DNA of 64,000 nucleotides from a virus (IMGVR_UViG_3300025093_000012:48838-112837), one strand, 5' to 3'; numbered from the stretch's first letter, positions 28,966 through 40,064 are shown. Notes: a model not told the origin generated them from the letters alone. Program-made: numbers and translations.

Positions 28966-31900
28966 TACCTAAATGATACGTTTATTTTACTATTGTTTAG
29001 TTTCAATATCATCTTTCTATTTCCTGAAACTCTCTTTCTTAATACAACTGCATTCCAGTAGTGTCTAAACTTCTTACGTTGGAAGAATGGTTTGTTTAGA
29101 TCTATGTTAGCTAAGTTTAAATCTCTAATGTATCCGTTAAGTTGAGTTATAAATATTGGCTCACTAACATTAGGATCAAACTCACCTCTATTATTAGTTA
29201 CATCCCAGAATTGATTGAATCTATATTTCTGCTCTTCCTTACTATATAGTATTTGAATATCATTAGGTGTAATCTGTGGATACTGAGTAATTAACGGAGC
29301 ATTGTTTTTAGGTGATAAATTTAATGCTAATAATCCTGATACTTGCTCTGTGTTATGTAGAATTGCTTCATCAAAATTATAATCTAAATCATGGAATCTA
29401 TCACCACAATCATTATCTAGATTACCTCTATATATGTATGACTCTAATTGATACTCTATACTTCTTACTGTATTAACTGTTTGTCCAACAGATTCAATTA
29501 GCTCTACCTCCCATGGATAATCTTCTGTATAGTAGTTTGTATATAAGTCACATCTATCGTTATGTTTCCAGATACCACCTCTCTCATTAATAGAAGGGAT
29601 ACAGCATAAATAATCAAATTGACACATTGTAGGGTCAGGATTAACAAATGCTGGATTACCAATACCTGTATCTTCATTATAATATTCTGCTATACCATTT
29701 GGTATATCATCAGGACATGTTCCCAATTGTTGTAAACTTCCAGGTACATATGAATCTGGTAAACTGTTTTCTATATCACAATCACATTCTATCTTTCTAC
29801 ATATACCATTTTTACGGTCACCTAATTGTTCATTACAATCTAATGGATCAGTTAAAATTTCATATGGTGAATCTATTGATATTCTTTCATAACCTTCAGG
29901 ACATGTGCATGTAATAGTAGCACATATATTATCAGCTAACTCAGCTGAAAATGGTGTGATTTCAAGAGGTGTTAAATCTAATCTTTGGAAATTAGTATTA
30001 TTATTAGTTATTATATCAAACTGAGCAGCAGGTGCAGTATTAGTAGGATGACAAAATATACCCCATGACTCACTATTAATTTCTGCTATTCCTTGATTAA
30101 ATGCATCTATGTTCGGTAATCCAAATACAACATTAGGTAAATCTGTTGGAAAAGAACTTCCTTGAAACTGTGAATAGTATGCTGCTCCTGCAGCATTAGG
30201 ATTATCCCCTGCAGCACCATCAGCAAGTTGAATATGTATCCTTCTATACAATGGGTTTGCTGTTCTATCACCTAATGTAGAATTTGTAACATCAGATAAT
30301 TGTTGTTGACCATTATCAAATGCTTCATAAAAGTCAGTACCTTGAGTAGATGAAGTCATTGCATCTGTTCCCCAGTTTGTACTACCTGTATAGTGTGACA
30401 TTGAGATACTATTGGTATTATAGTTCCCCGACATATCTGGTGTAACATTTGAATATGAAGTTCCCCATTGATTAAGACCTATCTGTGCATTACCTGAATT
30501 CATCTCTGGTGCAAATTCTGCAACAAACTCATCTACAAACTGCTGAAATGAATTAAAGAAACTGCTAGTTGATCCTGAGCGGTCAACACTAATTACTATA
30601 TCTACAAGACACTCTGCTTGATCTGATACAGGAACTGGTAGTTCTTCATCAACAATCACATTACCAGGAACTTCAGTTGTCCCTTGTTGACAACATTCAT
30701 TAGTTACGGGATCATAAGTAAATCCAGGAGGACAAGATGGTATTTCATCTAACTCAATATTCTTTGTTGTAAAGAAATGATTTAAGCTAGGTATTGTTAA
30801 ATCAGGATGCCAGTCATGGAATGAAATCCATGCTTTAGCTTTTGGATCATAACTTACCGTCCAAGAAACATCTTTAAAGTATTGCTCATCATCAATGCTA
30901 ATAGGTATAGTATTATCTATAAATTCTCCAGGTATAACTTCTGTATATATACAAGTTGATGTACCAATAGTATCATTAGCATCTGGGCATAAACCAGTTA
31001 CTGTTGGAACAAAACCATTAGAATCAGGAGGACATTCACAATCATATGTAGTAGTATCTCTTCTACAAACTGGACAATCTTCCGTCCCTCCATCTGTACC
31101 ATCCGTATATTCTGTATATCCTTCATCACATCTAAACCCTGTTGTTCCATTCTCACGTAAGAAGTCATTAACATCAGATGACCATAGTTTTGGTAAGCTT
31201 GCCCATGATGTTGCACTTTGAATATCTAACCAATTATCTACATCAATTACAGCAGCAGCTAAAGCTCCAGGTGTTCCCTGTTGATTCAAACCTGTCATTC
31301 TAAATCTAGTACATCCTTGCTGCAACTCATATCTGTATATCCAAGCTTTTGAATATTGTGATGCATTAGCTGCATCTCCTGCAAGCCAAGCAAAGTTTCC
31401 TCCAGCACCTGTTTGACCAGACCAAATGCCAGCTAATCCAACACCAAATAGTGTATTATCATTTGGTTGAACAACTGTTGACCAAACACCACCAATATTT
31501 TCTTCAAATAAAAATCCATTATCAGCAGCTAATAGTATATGTACAGTTTTAGGTACAGGCACATTAACCTGAAACTCAGCTACTGCAAAATTATTTGGTT
31601 CATTACCTGACCCTCTCATTAATGCATTTACTATACCATTTGTATTATTAGCTGGAGTATTTCTCCACCAAGTATTAGATCCGTTATCTGTTATGTAATG
31701 CCATGTATTTGGATCTGCTTGATTACTAGGCATTCCATCAATTGCTACATCATCAATAACAATTGGCCAGTCTCTACCATATCTACTATTACCATAAGAA
31801 GCTAATCCAGCACTTGTACCCACACCAATTGCAGCACCATACTCATAAGTTGTAGTGCTAGTTAAAATAGGTTCTAGTTCATACTCACCTTTACATAATA

Positions 31901-34900
31901 CTTCTCCTGTTACTGGATTAACATTTGTTTCATATCCATCTGGACAACATGCTATTGGATCTGCATTAGAACATTTAGTTATATTAAATACAAAACCATT
32001 ACATGGATCAAATTCTATACAATCTGGATCTAATGCTTGATAATCCTTTTTACAGAAATATACCAAATCATAGTTAGGATCATATACTGATTGACATCCT
32101 ACACCTGCTACAGGATTGTCTATCCATCCTGGACAGTCCTCCATCTCAGGAAACTGAGATAATAAAACAGATGGTAAATATTTATTAAACCACTGTTTCA
32201 TTCCTGCATTAGCAATGTTTTCTAAACCTCTACCACTATATGTAAATATCTTACCTTGTGCTTGTGATATATAATATAATCCTGAAGGTGTATTAATCAC
32301 ACTTCTTGCACTTTCACATGATCCATACTCATGTGCTTCATCTGCATTTACAACATTCTGCATTGGTTGACTAAATAGTCCTCCGTCACCAATAGTAAGT
32401 TTAGTTCCTAAATCTGTTTGCAGTTGATCCACGCCTTGGAACAATGCTGGTGCTAAGTTAGGAAATGTAACAAGTGCACCACTCTTAGAAATAGGTTTAA
32501 TTACATTTACTCTATTCTTAAAGTCTTTGTAATTAAATGGTAAGAACACTCTCCAAAAATCTTTTTTAGCTTCTTTCTGAGCCTGAAGAGAGTATATTAA
32601 TCTTTTAGGGAAATGTGTAAAGCACTTCTCTGCAGTAATAGGATCATAATCTCTATCCTGAATCTGTCCAAAAGATATAAGTTGAGTATTAAATCTACTC
32701 TTACTTAATGAAAAGTCATACTTATAGAAGTTATCCTTTCTAATTATTTTAGAATGGAACATTGCTTCTACATCTGTATACTCAGAAAAGTCATAGTGTC
32801 TTTTCTCATCAGTATCTTCATAGTCTCTTAGACCTATGTTTAGTGTAGACTCAACAAAGAAATCCTGTATACCATTACAATGAGTATACATATATCCATT
32901 CTTAATATGAAATATAGATCTACCACCTCTATCTTGTGTTATACCATCATTAGCATTATTAGGATTACCTATAGCATTCGGTCCTGCAGCAGTTGATCCA
33001 CCACCAATACCACTACCATCACCCGCATTATCACCAGCACCAGCAACTCCATCATTAGCTAAATCATTGTTAGGTCTATCTAAAAAGTGTAAAGAGTTAG
33101 GACTTATAGCATTTAAACCAGCATTACCTTGGTCAAGAAAACCAAGAGTAGTTATATACCTTACTAATTCAGAAAGATCATATTTAGCTGTATTCATCCA
33201 ATATATAGGACGTGGAACATTAGATCTTAATCTATAGTCATATGCAAACATATCTGGTTGTCCATCTAAGAAGTCCCAGAAGAAAGGCATAATAACCTTT
33301 TCAGTATATCTATTTATATATGAATCCCCACCATAAATAATTTGAGTTTGAAACTCAGCTTCTGCTAAACTTGTATCTTCTAAATCATATTTGTACTCTC
33401 CTCTACTGTCTTTTTCTACATTCTCTTGTGTAAAGTAATGTATACATCCTGATGGTATTTGTTTAATTTGATCTAACTGACCGTATTGATTTCTAAATGC
33501 TACCTTAAGAGAAGTGTAGTGTGCAGCAATAGGACGTATTTGCCATTGTGAAGGATTCCACCACCCACCAATAGTTTGATCTGCATTTATTATACCACCA
33601 ATAATAAATCTAGAATTATCCTGTGCAGGTGTTGGTGTTACAAATCCTGCTGCTCCTGGAGGTGCTATTGCTGAAATAGCAACAGTGCTTGGTCTTTGTA
33701 AATTATTGATTCTAATATTAGCTGTTAAGTTTTGTATTGTTGAACCAATATATCTTCCTTTATCAACTAACATTCTGCTTACTTGGCCTGAAGCAGGAGC
33801 ATTTGTGTTTATGTAAAATCCATGACCACTATATTTCCAAGCATAATCTTGTAAGCTAACAAGCTCATATATAGCATCTATAATAACTTGACCGCCTTCT
33901 GCAGTCAATTGCATAAAGTTAAATATACCAAATAATACTTGAACTAATCCAGGAGCTTCTGTAAATCTTTCACCTTCATAAGATTCTTCATTCAGTCTAC
34001 CTATATAACCTCTACGTAATGCAGTTGTTTTTGATGAATCCTGAGCTATTTTTGCATTATCGTATACTACATCTTTTGCAACTTTTGGTGCACCAATAAT
34101 TGTTGCACCTGTAAGTGCTGAATTTAAACCAAGGTTTGGTCCTAAAAATGGAGTGTTTTGTCCAGCTTCATTTGCATTAAGTTGAGTATCAGGATTTAAT
34201 AATGCTAAACCTTGACCAGCAGAAGCAGGAGCACCAGCACGTGCACCACTTTGACTGGTATTAATATTACCAGAAGCTGTAATACCACCTGGAATTGTAC
34301 CAGATGATCCTGAAGTATTACCAAATGAACTACCACCATCTCTTGCATTTTGTTGGAAACCCATGCTATAACCTTGCGGTCTTCCAGTTCTTTGAGTTCT
34401 TTTACCACGCATCTGACCAATAGCATATCCTATACCTACTATGATACCTACCCACATTGCTAAGTTTCTAAGAAGCTTATGTTGTGGATGATTTTCTGAA
34501 GGTCTAAATCTACCTATAGATGAACCTGTAGTTAAACCATAGGTCTTAATCTCAAATGGAGATAAGAATGGTCTATTAAATGATGTATCAGGACCATGAA
34601 ATGTAAATATATTAGCTGCAGTATTAGCAGCAGGGTATGAGTTTGTATTTTGTGGATTTTGATAGTTAAAACTAAAACCTGGATCTCCTGCTAAATATGG
34701 ATCTCCTTGAGCACTATTAAAAGGATAGTTAGCAATGTAACCTACTGTTGCAGTATTATCCTGCTGTCCTTGAGCGTTCTGAGGAATAGTATATTGTCTC
34801 ATATTCCTAGATATACCCTTAGCAATAATAGACTTATTACCTTCTCTAGACCCTACAAGTATTTCATATCCAACAATACCTGGTATAACTGGTCCTGTTG

Positions 34901-36632
34901 GTGTTCCATCATCTGGTGCACACACTTGACCAAAACTTGCACTATATCTTGGTACTTTTATATTTTCAAACTTTACACCAAGAACATTAATTGAGTGACC
35001 ATTATTAGAAGATCTATCTAATATTCCACCAGGACCTGATCCTGAAAATGTTTCATCAGGAAACTTATGGTGTCTAATTGGTTGATTACATAAATCATAT
35101 CTTTCATCACCATCTACTGAATTATATCTTACAGGATCATTAGGGTATCTTTCTGTTGACTCCCAATAAGCCATATGACCTTCAGCAATTACAGTACCGC
35201 AGTCATCTGTAACATTTCCTTCAGTTAGTGATCCTGGATTATTCCAAAATTGATTTGGTTGATTTAATGCAGTATTATATACTTCAAAAGCTCTATCTAT
35301 AACTGTATTATCACATAGACCATTAAGTGAAGCTTGTGCACCTAAATTATTTATATCACCAGCAAGTTCATCTAATTCATATATTGTAGAACCATTTGGT
35401 GCTGTCCAGTTAGTAGGTGGTCTACCAGGTATATGATATGATCTAGACTTCTCACCTGTTTCATAAACAAACCTAATAAAGAAAGCATATACCTCATCCC
35501 TCATGAATGTAGGCTTATTACCTCCTTTCTTGTAGTAATCTGAATCAAATTGAGTTACTGTCCAGTGAGTATGTATTTGATTAGCTATTGGCTGATAGTT
35601 AAAGTCATATCTTTCAGTTGGCCCTTGTCTAATTAAATAATCATTAACTACATACATTTTCTCAGACTTCTCAAAGGCTGGTGTAGTTAATGGTAATGTA
35701 TTTAATGGAACAGTTTTTAATGCTTGATTTATGTAATCAATACTAATAGTACTTTGTTCTGTACTATATATACCCATTTCTTTAGCTTGTATCTCACCTT
35801 GATTATGACTTAGGATAACAAGCTTAAAGTATTCAAATCCTTTATCTAGATTTGTTATTTCTATTTCTAATCCTGATTTTAAATCTTCATGATCAAATAA
35901 AGGCTGTATATTTGATATACCATAAAAATCTCCTACTACTTGATCATTAATAGTGTATGCAATAAATGCTTGGTATGATCCATTTCTTAATTGTCCTCCA
36001 TCAGTAGATTTACTAAGTTTGATGCAAGGTATATCTACTAATGGTGCTAATCTTAATTTCTCACAATCAAGACATATTGTATCTTCTTTTATAACACAGT
36101 CCTCACCTTCTTCAGAAACTACTTCTTGAATATATGGTACATTGTCTATATTTAAAGTTCTTGATGGATTCTTACCGTCATCCCAATACACCTGCCAACT
36201 GCAATCAAAATTTTCTTTAGCAGCCCCAGTGATTAAATGTTGAGTATCAAAATTTAAACAAGGTGTGCTATCAAGAGCTAAACAATCATAACAAGTAAAG
36301 TCATTTACAATAGTTTCATATTTACATTCACTATCATCCCACAACCCTATTTCACTAATTGTATTATTTGTAGAATACAAAACCCACTTATCACCATAAA
36401 GATGTATTGTTCCTATAATAGTATATGGTGCACTGCTACATAACTTATTCCCAGGTTCATTACCTAATGTACCTACATCACCATCCTTAGAATTGTTAAT
36501 AGCATTGATAGCATGGGTCCAGTTTTCTTTACCCACTAAAGAAGTATTTAAATCTTTAGTCATCCCTTTAATAGGAATGTTAGTATCTATCCCACTTGTA
36601 TTTGTTTGTTTTGGAGTCTGCTGCTTGGCCAT
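28965..36632 (-). CDS. Tail muzzle / tail stabilisation protein (2555 aa) with inserted vWA, lectin-like and Cys-rich domains
   Basis: Begins KGMTKDLN..., has YWDDGKNPSRTLNID, FMRDEVYAFFI, WTVSYDPKAKAWISFHDW and a C-terminal beta-rich region; follows the two ring genes as in crAss-like phages. Inserted DRSGS MIDAS motif at 30570-30584. TAATG overlap with the next gene. Confidence 0.75.
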   Translation of the reverse strand: MAKQQTPKQTNTSGIDTNIPIKGMTKDLNTSLVGKENWTHAINAINNSKDGDVGTLGNEPGNKLCSSAPYTIIGTIHLYGDKWVLYSTNNTISEIGLWDDSECKYETIVNDFTCYDCLALDSTPCLNFDTQHLITGAAKENFDCSWQVYWDDGKNPSRTLNIDNVPYIQEVVSEEGEDCVIKEDTICLDCEKLRLAPLVDIPCIKLSKSTDGGQLRNGSYQAFIAYTINDQVVGDFYGISNIQPLFDHEDLKSGLEIEITNLDKGFEYFKLVILSHNQGEIQAKEMGIYSTEQSTISIDYINQALKTVPLNTLPLTTPAFEKSEKMYVVNDYLIRQGPTERYDFNYQPIANQIHTHWTVTQFDSDYYKKGGNKPTFMRDEVYAFFIRFVYETGEKSRSYHIPGRPPTNWTAPNGSTIYELDELAGDINNLGAQASLNGLCDNTVIDRAFEVYNTALNQPNQFWNNPGSLTEGNVTDDCGTVIAEGHMAYWESTERYPNDPVRYNSVDGDERYDLCNQPIRHHKFPDETFSGSGPGGILDRSSNNGHSINVLGVKFENIKVPRYSASFGQVCAPDDGTPTGPVIPGIVGYEILVGSREGNKSIIAKGISRNMRQYTIPQNAQGQQDNTATVGYIANYPFNSAQGDPYLAGDPGFSFNYQNPQNTNSYPAANTAANIFTFHGPDTSFNRPFLSPFEIKTYGLTTGSSIGRFRPSENHPQHKLLRNLAMWVGIIVGIGYAIGQMRGKRTQRTGRPQGYSMGFQQNARDGGSSFGNTSGSSGTIPGGITASGNINTSQSGARAGAPASAGQGLALLNPDTQLNANEAGQNTPFLGPNLGLNSALTGATIIGAPKVAKDVVYDNAKIAQDSSKTTALRRGYIGRLNEESYEGERFTEAPGLVQVLFGIFNFMQLTAEGGQVIIDAIYELVSLQDYAWKYSGHGFYINTNAPASGQVSRMLVDKGRYIGSTIQNLTANIRINNLQRPSTVAISAIAPPGAAGFVTPTPAQDNSRFIIGGIINADQTIGGWWNPSQWQIRPIAAHYTSLKVAFRNQYGQLDQIKQIPSGCIHYFTQENVEKDSRGEYKYDLEDTSLAEAEFQTQIIYGGDSYINRYTEKVIMPFFWDFLDGQPDMFAYDYRLRSNVPRPIYWMNTAKYDLSELVRYITTLGFLDQGNAGLNAISPNSLHFLDRPNNDLANDGVAGAGDNAGDGSGIGGGSTAAGPNAIGNPNNANDGITQDRGGRSIFHIKNGYMYTHCNGIQDFFVESTLNIGLRDYEDTDEKRHYDFSEYTDVEAMFHSKIIRKDNFYKYDFSLSKSRFNTQLISFGQIQDRDYDPITAEKCFTHFPKRLIYSLQAQKEAKKDFWRVFLPFNYKDFKNRVNVIKPISKSGALVTFPNLAPALFQGVDQLQTDLGTKLTIGDGGLFSQPMQNVVNADEAHEYGSCESARSVINTPSGLYYISQAQGKIFTYSGRGLENIANAGMKQWFNKYLPSVLLSQFPEMEDCPGWIDNPVAGVGCQSVYDPNYDLVYFCKKDYQALDPDCIEFDPCNGFVFNITKCSNADPIACCPDGYETNVNPVTGEVLCKGEYELEPILTSTTTYEYGAAIGVGTSAGLASYGNSRYGRDWPIVIDDVAIDGMPSNQADPNTWHYITDNGSNTWWRNTPANNTNGIVNALMRGSGNEPNNFAVAEFQVNVPVPKTVHILLAADNGFLFEENIGGVWSTVVQPNDNTLFGVGLAGIWSGQTGAGGNFAWLAGDAANASQYSKAWIYRYELQQGCTRFRMTGLNQQGTPGALAAAVIDVDNWLDIQSATSWASLPKLWSSDVNDFLRENGTTGFRCDEGYTEYTDGTDGGTEDCPVCRRDTTTYDCECPPDSNGFVPTVTGLCPDANDTIGTSTCIYTEVIPGEFIDNTIPISIDDEQYFKDVSWTVSYDPKAKAWISFHDWHPDLTIPSLNHFFTTKNIELDEIPSCPPGFTYDPVTNECCQQGTTEVPGNVIVDEELPVPVSDQAECLVDIVISVDRSGSTSSFFNSFQQFVDEFVAEFAPEMNSGNAQIGLNQWGTSYSNVTPDMSGNYNTNSISMSHYTGSTNWGTDAMTSSTQGTDFYEAFDNGQQQLSDVTNSTLGDRTANPLYRRIHIQLADGAAGDNPNAAGAAYYSQFQGSSFPTDLPNVVFGLPNIDAFNQGIAEINSESWGIFCHPTNTAPAAQFDIITNNNTNFQRLDLTPLEITPFSAELADNICATITCTCPEGYERISIDSPYEILTDPLDCNEQLGDRKNGICRKIECDCDIENSLPDSYVPGSLQQLGTCPDDIPNGIAEYYNEDTGIGNPAFVNPDPTMCQFDYLCCIPSINERGGIWKHNDRCDLYTNYYTEDYPWEVELIESVGQTVNTVRSIEYQLESYIYRGNLDNDCGDRFHDLDYNFDEAILHNTEQVSGLLALNLSPKNNAPLITQYPQITPNDIQILYSKEEQKYRFNQFWDVTNNRGEFDPNVSEPIFITQLNGYIRDLNLANIDLNKPFFQRKKFRHYWNAVVLRKRVSGNRKMILKLNNSKINVSFR

Positions 36633-36645
36633 TGCTATTTATTTT

Positions 36646-37578
36646 TTATCCTAGTGTAGGATGACTCTTAAACATATTGTAATAATTATGGTACTGTGCT
36701 TTTCTATTAACCTCCCAGATCTTTCTCATTTCTTCAAAGTCAGGAGTATTAATAAATCCTAATGCATTATTTCTTGATGCTCTTAACTTCTGCTGTATCA
36801 AACCTAACTGTTGTCCAACATTTTCACCAGCAAAAACCATATTCTCCAAGATTCTTTCTTTCAATGCATATTCATAATACTCATTACAATAAGGATGATC
36901 TAATACTAATAAATTACCATCACCATCTTCCATAGCACCTTGGTAGCTTATATATACATTACCTGTTTCAAAATTTGTAAGAATATAGTTATCCTTAATT
37001 TCTGCAACGTATCTTGATTGAATATTAACATTTGGACAATCACACTGCACTTTATTAGTTGTACTAAATCTTAAAGGGTGATAGTCTGAATAATGTCTAT
37101 ATTGACCAGCACCCACAAACTGAACAACAATATGTTCATTATATGTTGTAACATCTTTTGATCTACCTCTACCTGATGAAACAGTTGTAGTTTTAGGGCA
37201 TGTTTGTACTACACAAACATCTTTACAATCCGTTGGTGTTACACATTGTGCAGGATCTCCTGGATCTGGAACATACTTAGTATATGTTGTATCAACAGTA
37301 GTACCTGCAGGCATTGTATTATTTACTGAATATGAATTACAACAAAAAGCATAATTTAAATATGCAAAATCAGTAGGTAATTTTGCCTTACCATGTTCAA
37401 TATTTACTACAGTTTCTTTTGTTCTATGTATACGTAAACCTAAATCATAATTAACCCTAGTTGCAACCTTAATAAGTTGCTGTGGTTCAATCATGCCCTC
37501 TAACGCATAAGTTGAAAAATCAATAGAAACATCTTCTAGTAACTGATCAAAGGTTCTATATTTATGTGATACAGCCAT
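36646..37578 (-). CDS. Tail ring / tail tubular protein (310 aa)
   Basis: IEHGKAKLPTDF and ILTNFETGNVYISYQG...DGNLLVLD resemble crAss-like tail tubular proteins; directly upstream of the muzzle gene. Confidence 0.65.
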   Translation of the reverse strand: MAVSHKYRTFDQLLEDVSIDFSTYALEGMIEPQQLIKVATRVNYDLGLRIHRTKETVVNIEHGKAKLPTDFAYLNYAFCCNSYSVNNTMPAGTTVDTTYTKYVPDPGDPAQCVTPTDCKDVCVVQTCPKTTTVSSGRGRSKDVTTYNEHIVVQFVGAGQYRHYSDYHPLRFSTTNKVQCDCPNVNIQSRYVAEIKDNYILTNFETGNVYISYQGAMEDGDGNLLVLDHPYCNEYYEYALKERILENMVFAGENVGQQLGLIQQKLRASRNNALGFINTPDFEEMRKIWEVNRKAQYHNYYNMFKSHPTLG

Positions 37579-38249
37579 TATCTATTAATATTTATTTTAT
37601 TATCAGAATCTTCTGAAGGAACCTTCATTGTATTCAGTAATTGATTTAATACTTGGGTTTCAATCTCAGCAAATAAAAACTCTGGAATAAAAATCTGTTG
37701 TTTATATCTAGGAATGCAATCATCATCAACATCACATGTAAACCCAGATATATCTCCTTCAAATACACCTTCTAATTTTATTGCATCCCACTCCACATTT
37801 GGTAAGTATAAATATCCATTTAAAAACCAATAGTATTTATTTTTATTATATCTAAATGAAGTAGTCTTTGTCATAGATGTATATGTACCAGGACTAGTTG
37901 GCTGTACTTCAATAGATGTATCTATAGAACTTACTGTACGAATTAGTGGTCCCCAATAACCTTCCATAAATGTTGGAAGTTTATCTTTTGTTCTTTTGAT
38001 TGTACAACCACTCTGTATACCACTACAATGAGCTTCTACCTTATCAACCTCTATTAATTCCAAATAGGGAAGAGATTGCCATACACTATTAAACTTCATA
38101 AGTTTATTAGCGTGATCTTGTCTTCTCATGAAGAGCTGTGCATTTTTTAATATAAGGCTATAGATGTATCTATCAGTCATAAATGCATCCTGCACTTCTG
38201 CTTTGATAGATTGTCTTACCCTAGAAACTACTTCTCCTATTGTTGTCAT
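37578..38249 (-). CDS. Tail ring protein (223 aa)
   Basis: MTTIGEVVSRVR..., YYWFLNGYLYLP, ...PSEDSDN; synteny between the IHF-like and tail tubular genes; TAATG coupling. Confidence 0.6.
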   Translation of the reverse strand: MTTIGEVVSRVRQSIKAEVQDAFMTDRYIYSLILKNAQLFMRRQDHANKLMKFNSVWQSLPYLELIEVDKVEAHCSGIQSGCTIKRTKDKLPTFMEGYWGPLIRTVSSIDTSIEVQPTSPGTYTSMTKTTSFRYNKNKYYWFLNGYLYLPNVEWDAIKLEGVFEGDISGFTCDVDDDCIPRYKQQIFIPEFLFAEIETQVLNQLLNTMKVPSEDSDNKININR

Positions 38250-38251
38250 AA

Positions 38252-38773
38252 CTATATGTTTTTCTTATACATATCAGCCACTCTCTTTCTATTTTCCATT
38301 TTAAGATATTTAGTCCACTTTTTAGGGTATTCTTTAGCTACTGCTCTTTTAAACTGTCTAACAGCTTTAAACTGCCATAGCTCTCTATTTTTAAAACGGT
38401 ATTTAGTAGAGTAGTTAGTATAAAATATCTTTGCTACATTACCATCAGTCTCCCAGTTTTTATTCTGCAAAACCTTACCATATTGTTTAGATAGTGCATA
38501 ATCTGTATTCACACTCTTTGCAGCAGGGCAAGTACCTATAAAGATATACCCCAGTGAATCAGGTAGTTCTACACCATCTCTATTTTCTATTACTTCCCTC
38601 CATATTCTTTCATTAAACAGCATAATTATATTTTTTAATTTTGCATTGTCTATTTCAGAATACATTGGGTTTCTTTCTTTAAATTCATTTATTAACTCCG
38701 CATTAAGAAGGCCTAAGACTTTCTCTCTATATCTTGGGGCATTTAAATTGGGTTTTTTAAAATTGTTTATCAT
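38252..38773 (-). CDS. HU/IHF-like DNA-binding protein of the crAss-like structural module
   Basis: IENRDGVELPDSLGYIFIG fits the IHF-like pattern; basic protein. Start moved to ATG 38773 because ATG 38788 abuts the promoter motif. Confidence 0.55.
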   Translation of the reverse strand: MINNFKKPNLNAPRYREKVLGLLNAELINEFKERNPMYSEIDNAKLKNIIMLFNERIWREVIENRDGVELPDSLGYIFIGTCPAAKSVNTDYALSKQYGKVLQNKNWETDGNVAKIFYTNYSTKYRFKNRELWQFKAVRQFKRAVAKEYPKKWTKYLKMENRKRVADMYKKNI

Positions 38774-38789
38774 AGTAATAGCATACATT

Positions 38790-38798
38790 ATAATTTAC
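38790..38798 (-). promoter_or_regulatory. Putative late promoter motif (variant GTAAATTAT)
   Basis: TTTTGTAAATTATAATG in the gap upstream of the IHF-like/ring/muzzle operon; one mismatch to GTATATTAT. Confidence 0.45.
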
Positions 38799-38822
38799 AA
38801 AAAAAAGGTCACTTATTCAAGT

Positions 38823-40004
38823 TTATTCAGGTGAATGTGTAAGTTCACATATCTCACCTTTGTTTGGAGAATGTAATGATAACACACCTGATCTTCTGGC
38901 TCCTACAAACTTATTGTGGTAATGATAGTAATCTGTCTTTGATAAACTTGGTAATATCTTTAACGTAAAACCAGTATTCTCATGCTGTGTTATATACTCT
39001 ATTTTTTTCTTATGGTGGTAGTGTCCAGTATATAGTGTTCTAAATAAAGTCTTACCCCATTCTCTTGGATATTCCATAGAGTATAGCATTAAAGAGTTTT
39101 TAGTATTTACATCTCCATGCTCAAACGCAAAGAAGTTATCTCCATATACAAACACCTTTCTTTCTAAATAAACTACGTCCCAAATAATTTTTGGATCATC
39201 AAAGCATTTAGATAACCCATGTGCTAAGTGAAATGAAGAAAGTCTATCATGATTACCAGGAATATATACAACCTGTAATTCATCACAAAATTGCTTGATA
39301 TAGTTAATACTCCATTGTATAGCATTAAAGGCTTGTACGTAAGCCTGTGTAGCTGTCATACAATTATCTAACGGTGTTCCACTTGTAGTAGTTCCAGACC
39401 AAGTATCCATATTTATTAGATCACCACCTATTACATAATAGATCTTTTCTAAATGATGTGAGCTTGAAGCTCTATTTACAAGATCAATTACAGTTTCTTC
39501 AAAATCTTTGTCAATAGTTTCATTACCCTCTTTACCAAAATGAATGTCCTGTAAAGACAAAACTCCAGCTGTTTTTATTTTACCTGGAGTTTGTAATCTT
39601 TTTGTTGGTTTAAATTTTGAAGGCTTAAAGTCTTTTAAAAGCTCTGCTACATTATCTATATCATTACCCTTTATCTTAGTAACCATTGCAGAAACCCTCC
39701 AATGGTCACCCATCTGCTTATTCCAATAACTAGATAACTTCCACTGTGTAGTATCTATATTTAATATTTCTATAATTTCTTCAGGAGATTTAGGTTCTGT
39801 TGAACTTACAGCTTCCATTTTAGCTTCTCCTTTTTCTAAGTCAAACTCATATGATGAAGATCCTGTTTCACATGCTTCTTGTGACTTGACATAATTTTTT
39901 AATTTCTCATAATCCTCAACTGTAATGTTTAATTTATCAGCACAATATTCAGGTGATTTTTTCCACTTAAATGATGCTTTAATTTTGTTTAAAAATGATT
40001 CCAT
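38823..40004 (-). CDS. Calcineurin-like metallophosphoesterase with possible N-terminal HTH (393 aa)
   Basis: All five motifs present: DIHFG, GGDLIN, GNHD, HGD, GHYH. Confidence 0.85.
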   Translation of the reverse strand: MESFLNKIKASFKWKKSPEYCADKLNITVEDYEKLKNYVKSQEACETGSSSYEFDLEKGEAKMEAVSSTEPKSPEEIIEILNIDTTQWKLSSYWNKQMGDHWRVSAMVTKIKGNDIDNVAELLKDFKPSKFKPTKRLQTPGKIKTAGVLSLQDIHFGKEGNETIDKDFEETVIDLVNRASSSHHLEKIYYVIGGDLINMDTWSGTTTSGTPLDNCMTATQAYVQAFNAIQWSINYIKQFCDELQVVYIPGNHDRLSSFHLAHGLSKCFDDPKIIWDVVYLERKVFVYGDNFFAFEHGDVNTKNSLMLYSMEYPREWGKTLFRTLYTGHYHHKKKIEYITQHENTGFTLKILPSLSKTDYYHYHNKFVGARRSGVLSLHSPNKGEICELTHSPE

Positions 40005-40035
40005 GTGATCTATTAATTATTAATTAAATTGGTTG

Positions 40036-40042
40036 CAAGATA
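40036..40042 (-). promoter_or_regulatory. Host-type -7 promoter element, near match (TATCTTGC)
   Basis: TTTTG-TATCTTGC about 30 nt upstream of the phosphoesterase start and just downstream of a hairpin. Confidence 0.45.
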
Positions 40043-40064
40043 CAAAAAAATGCTGTATAAAGAC

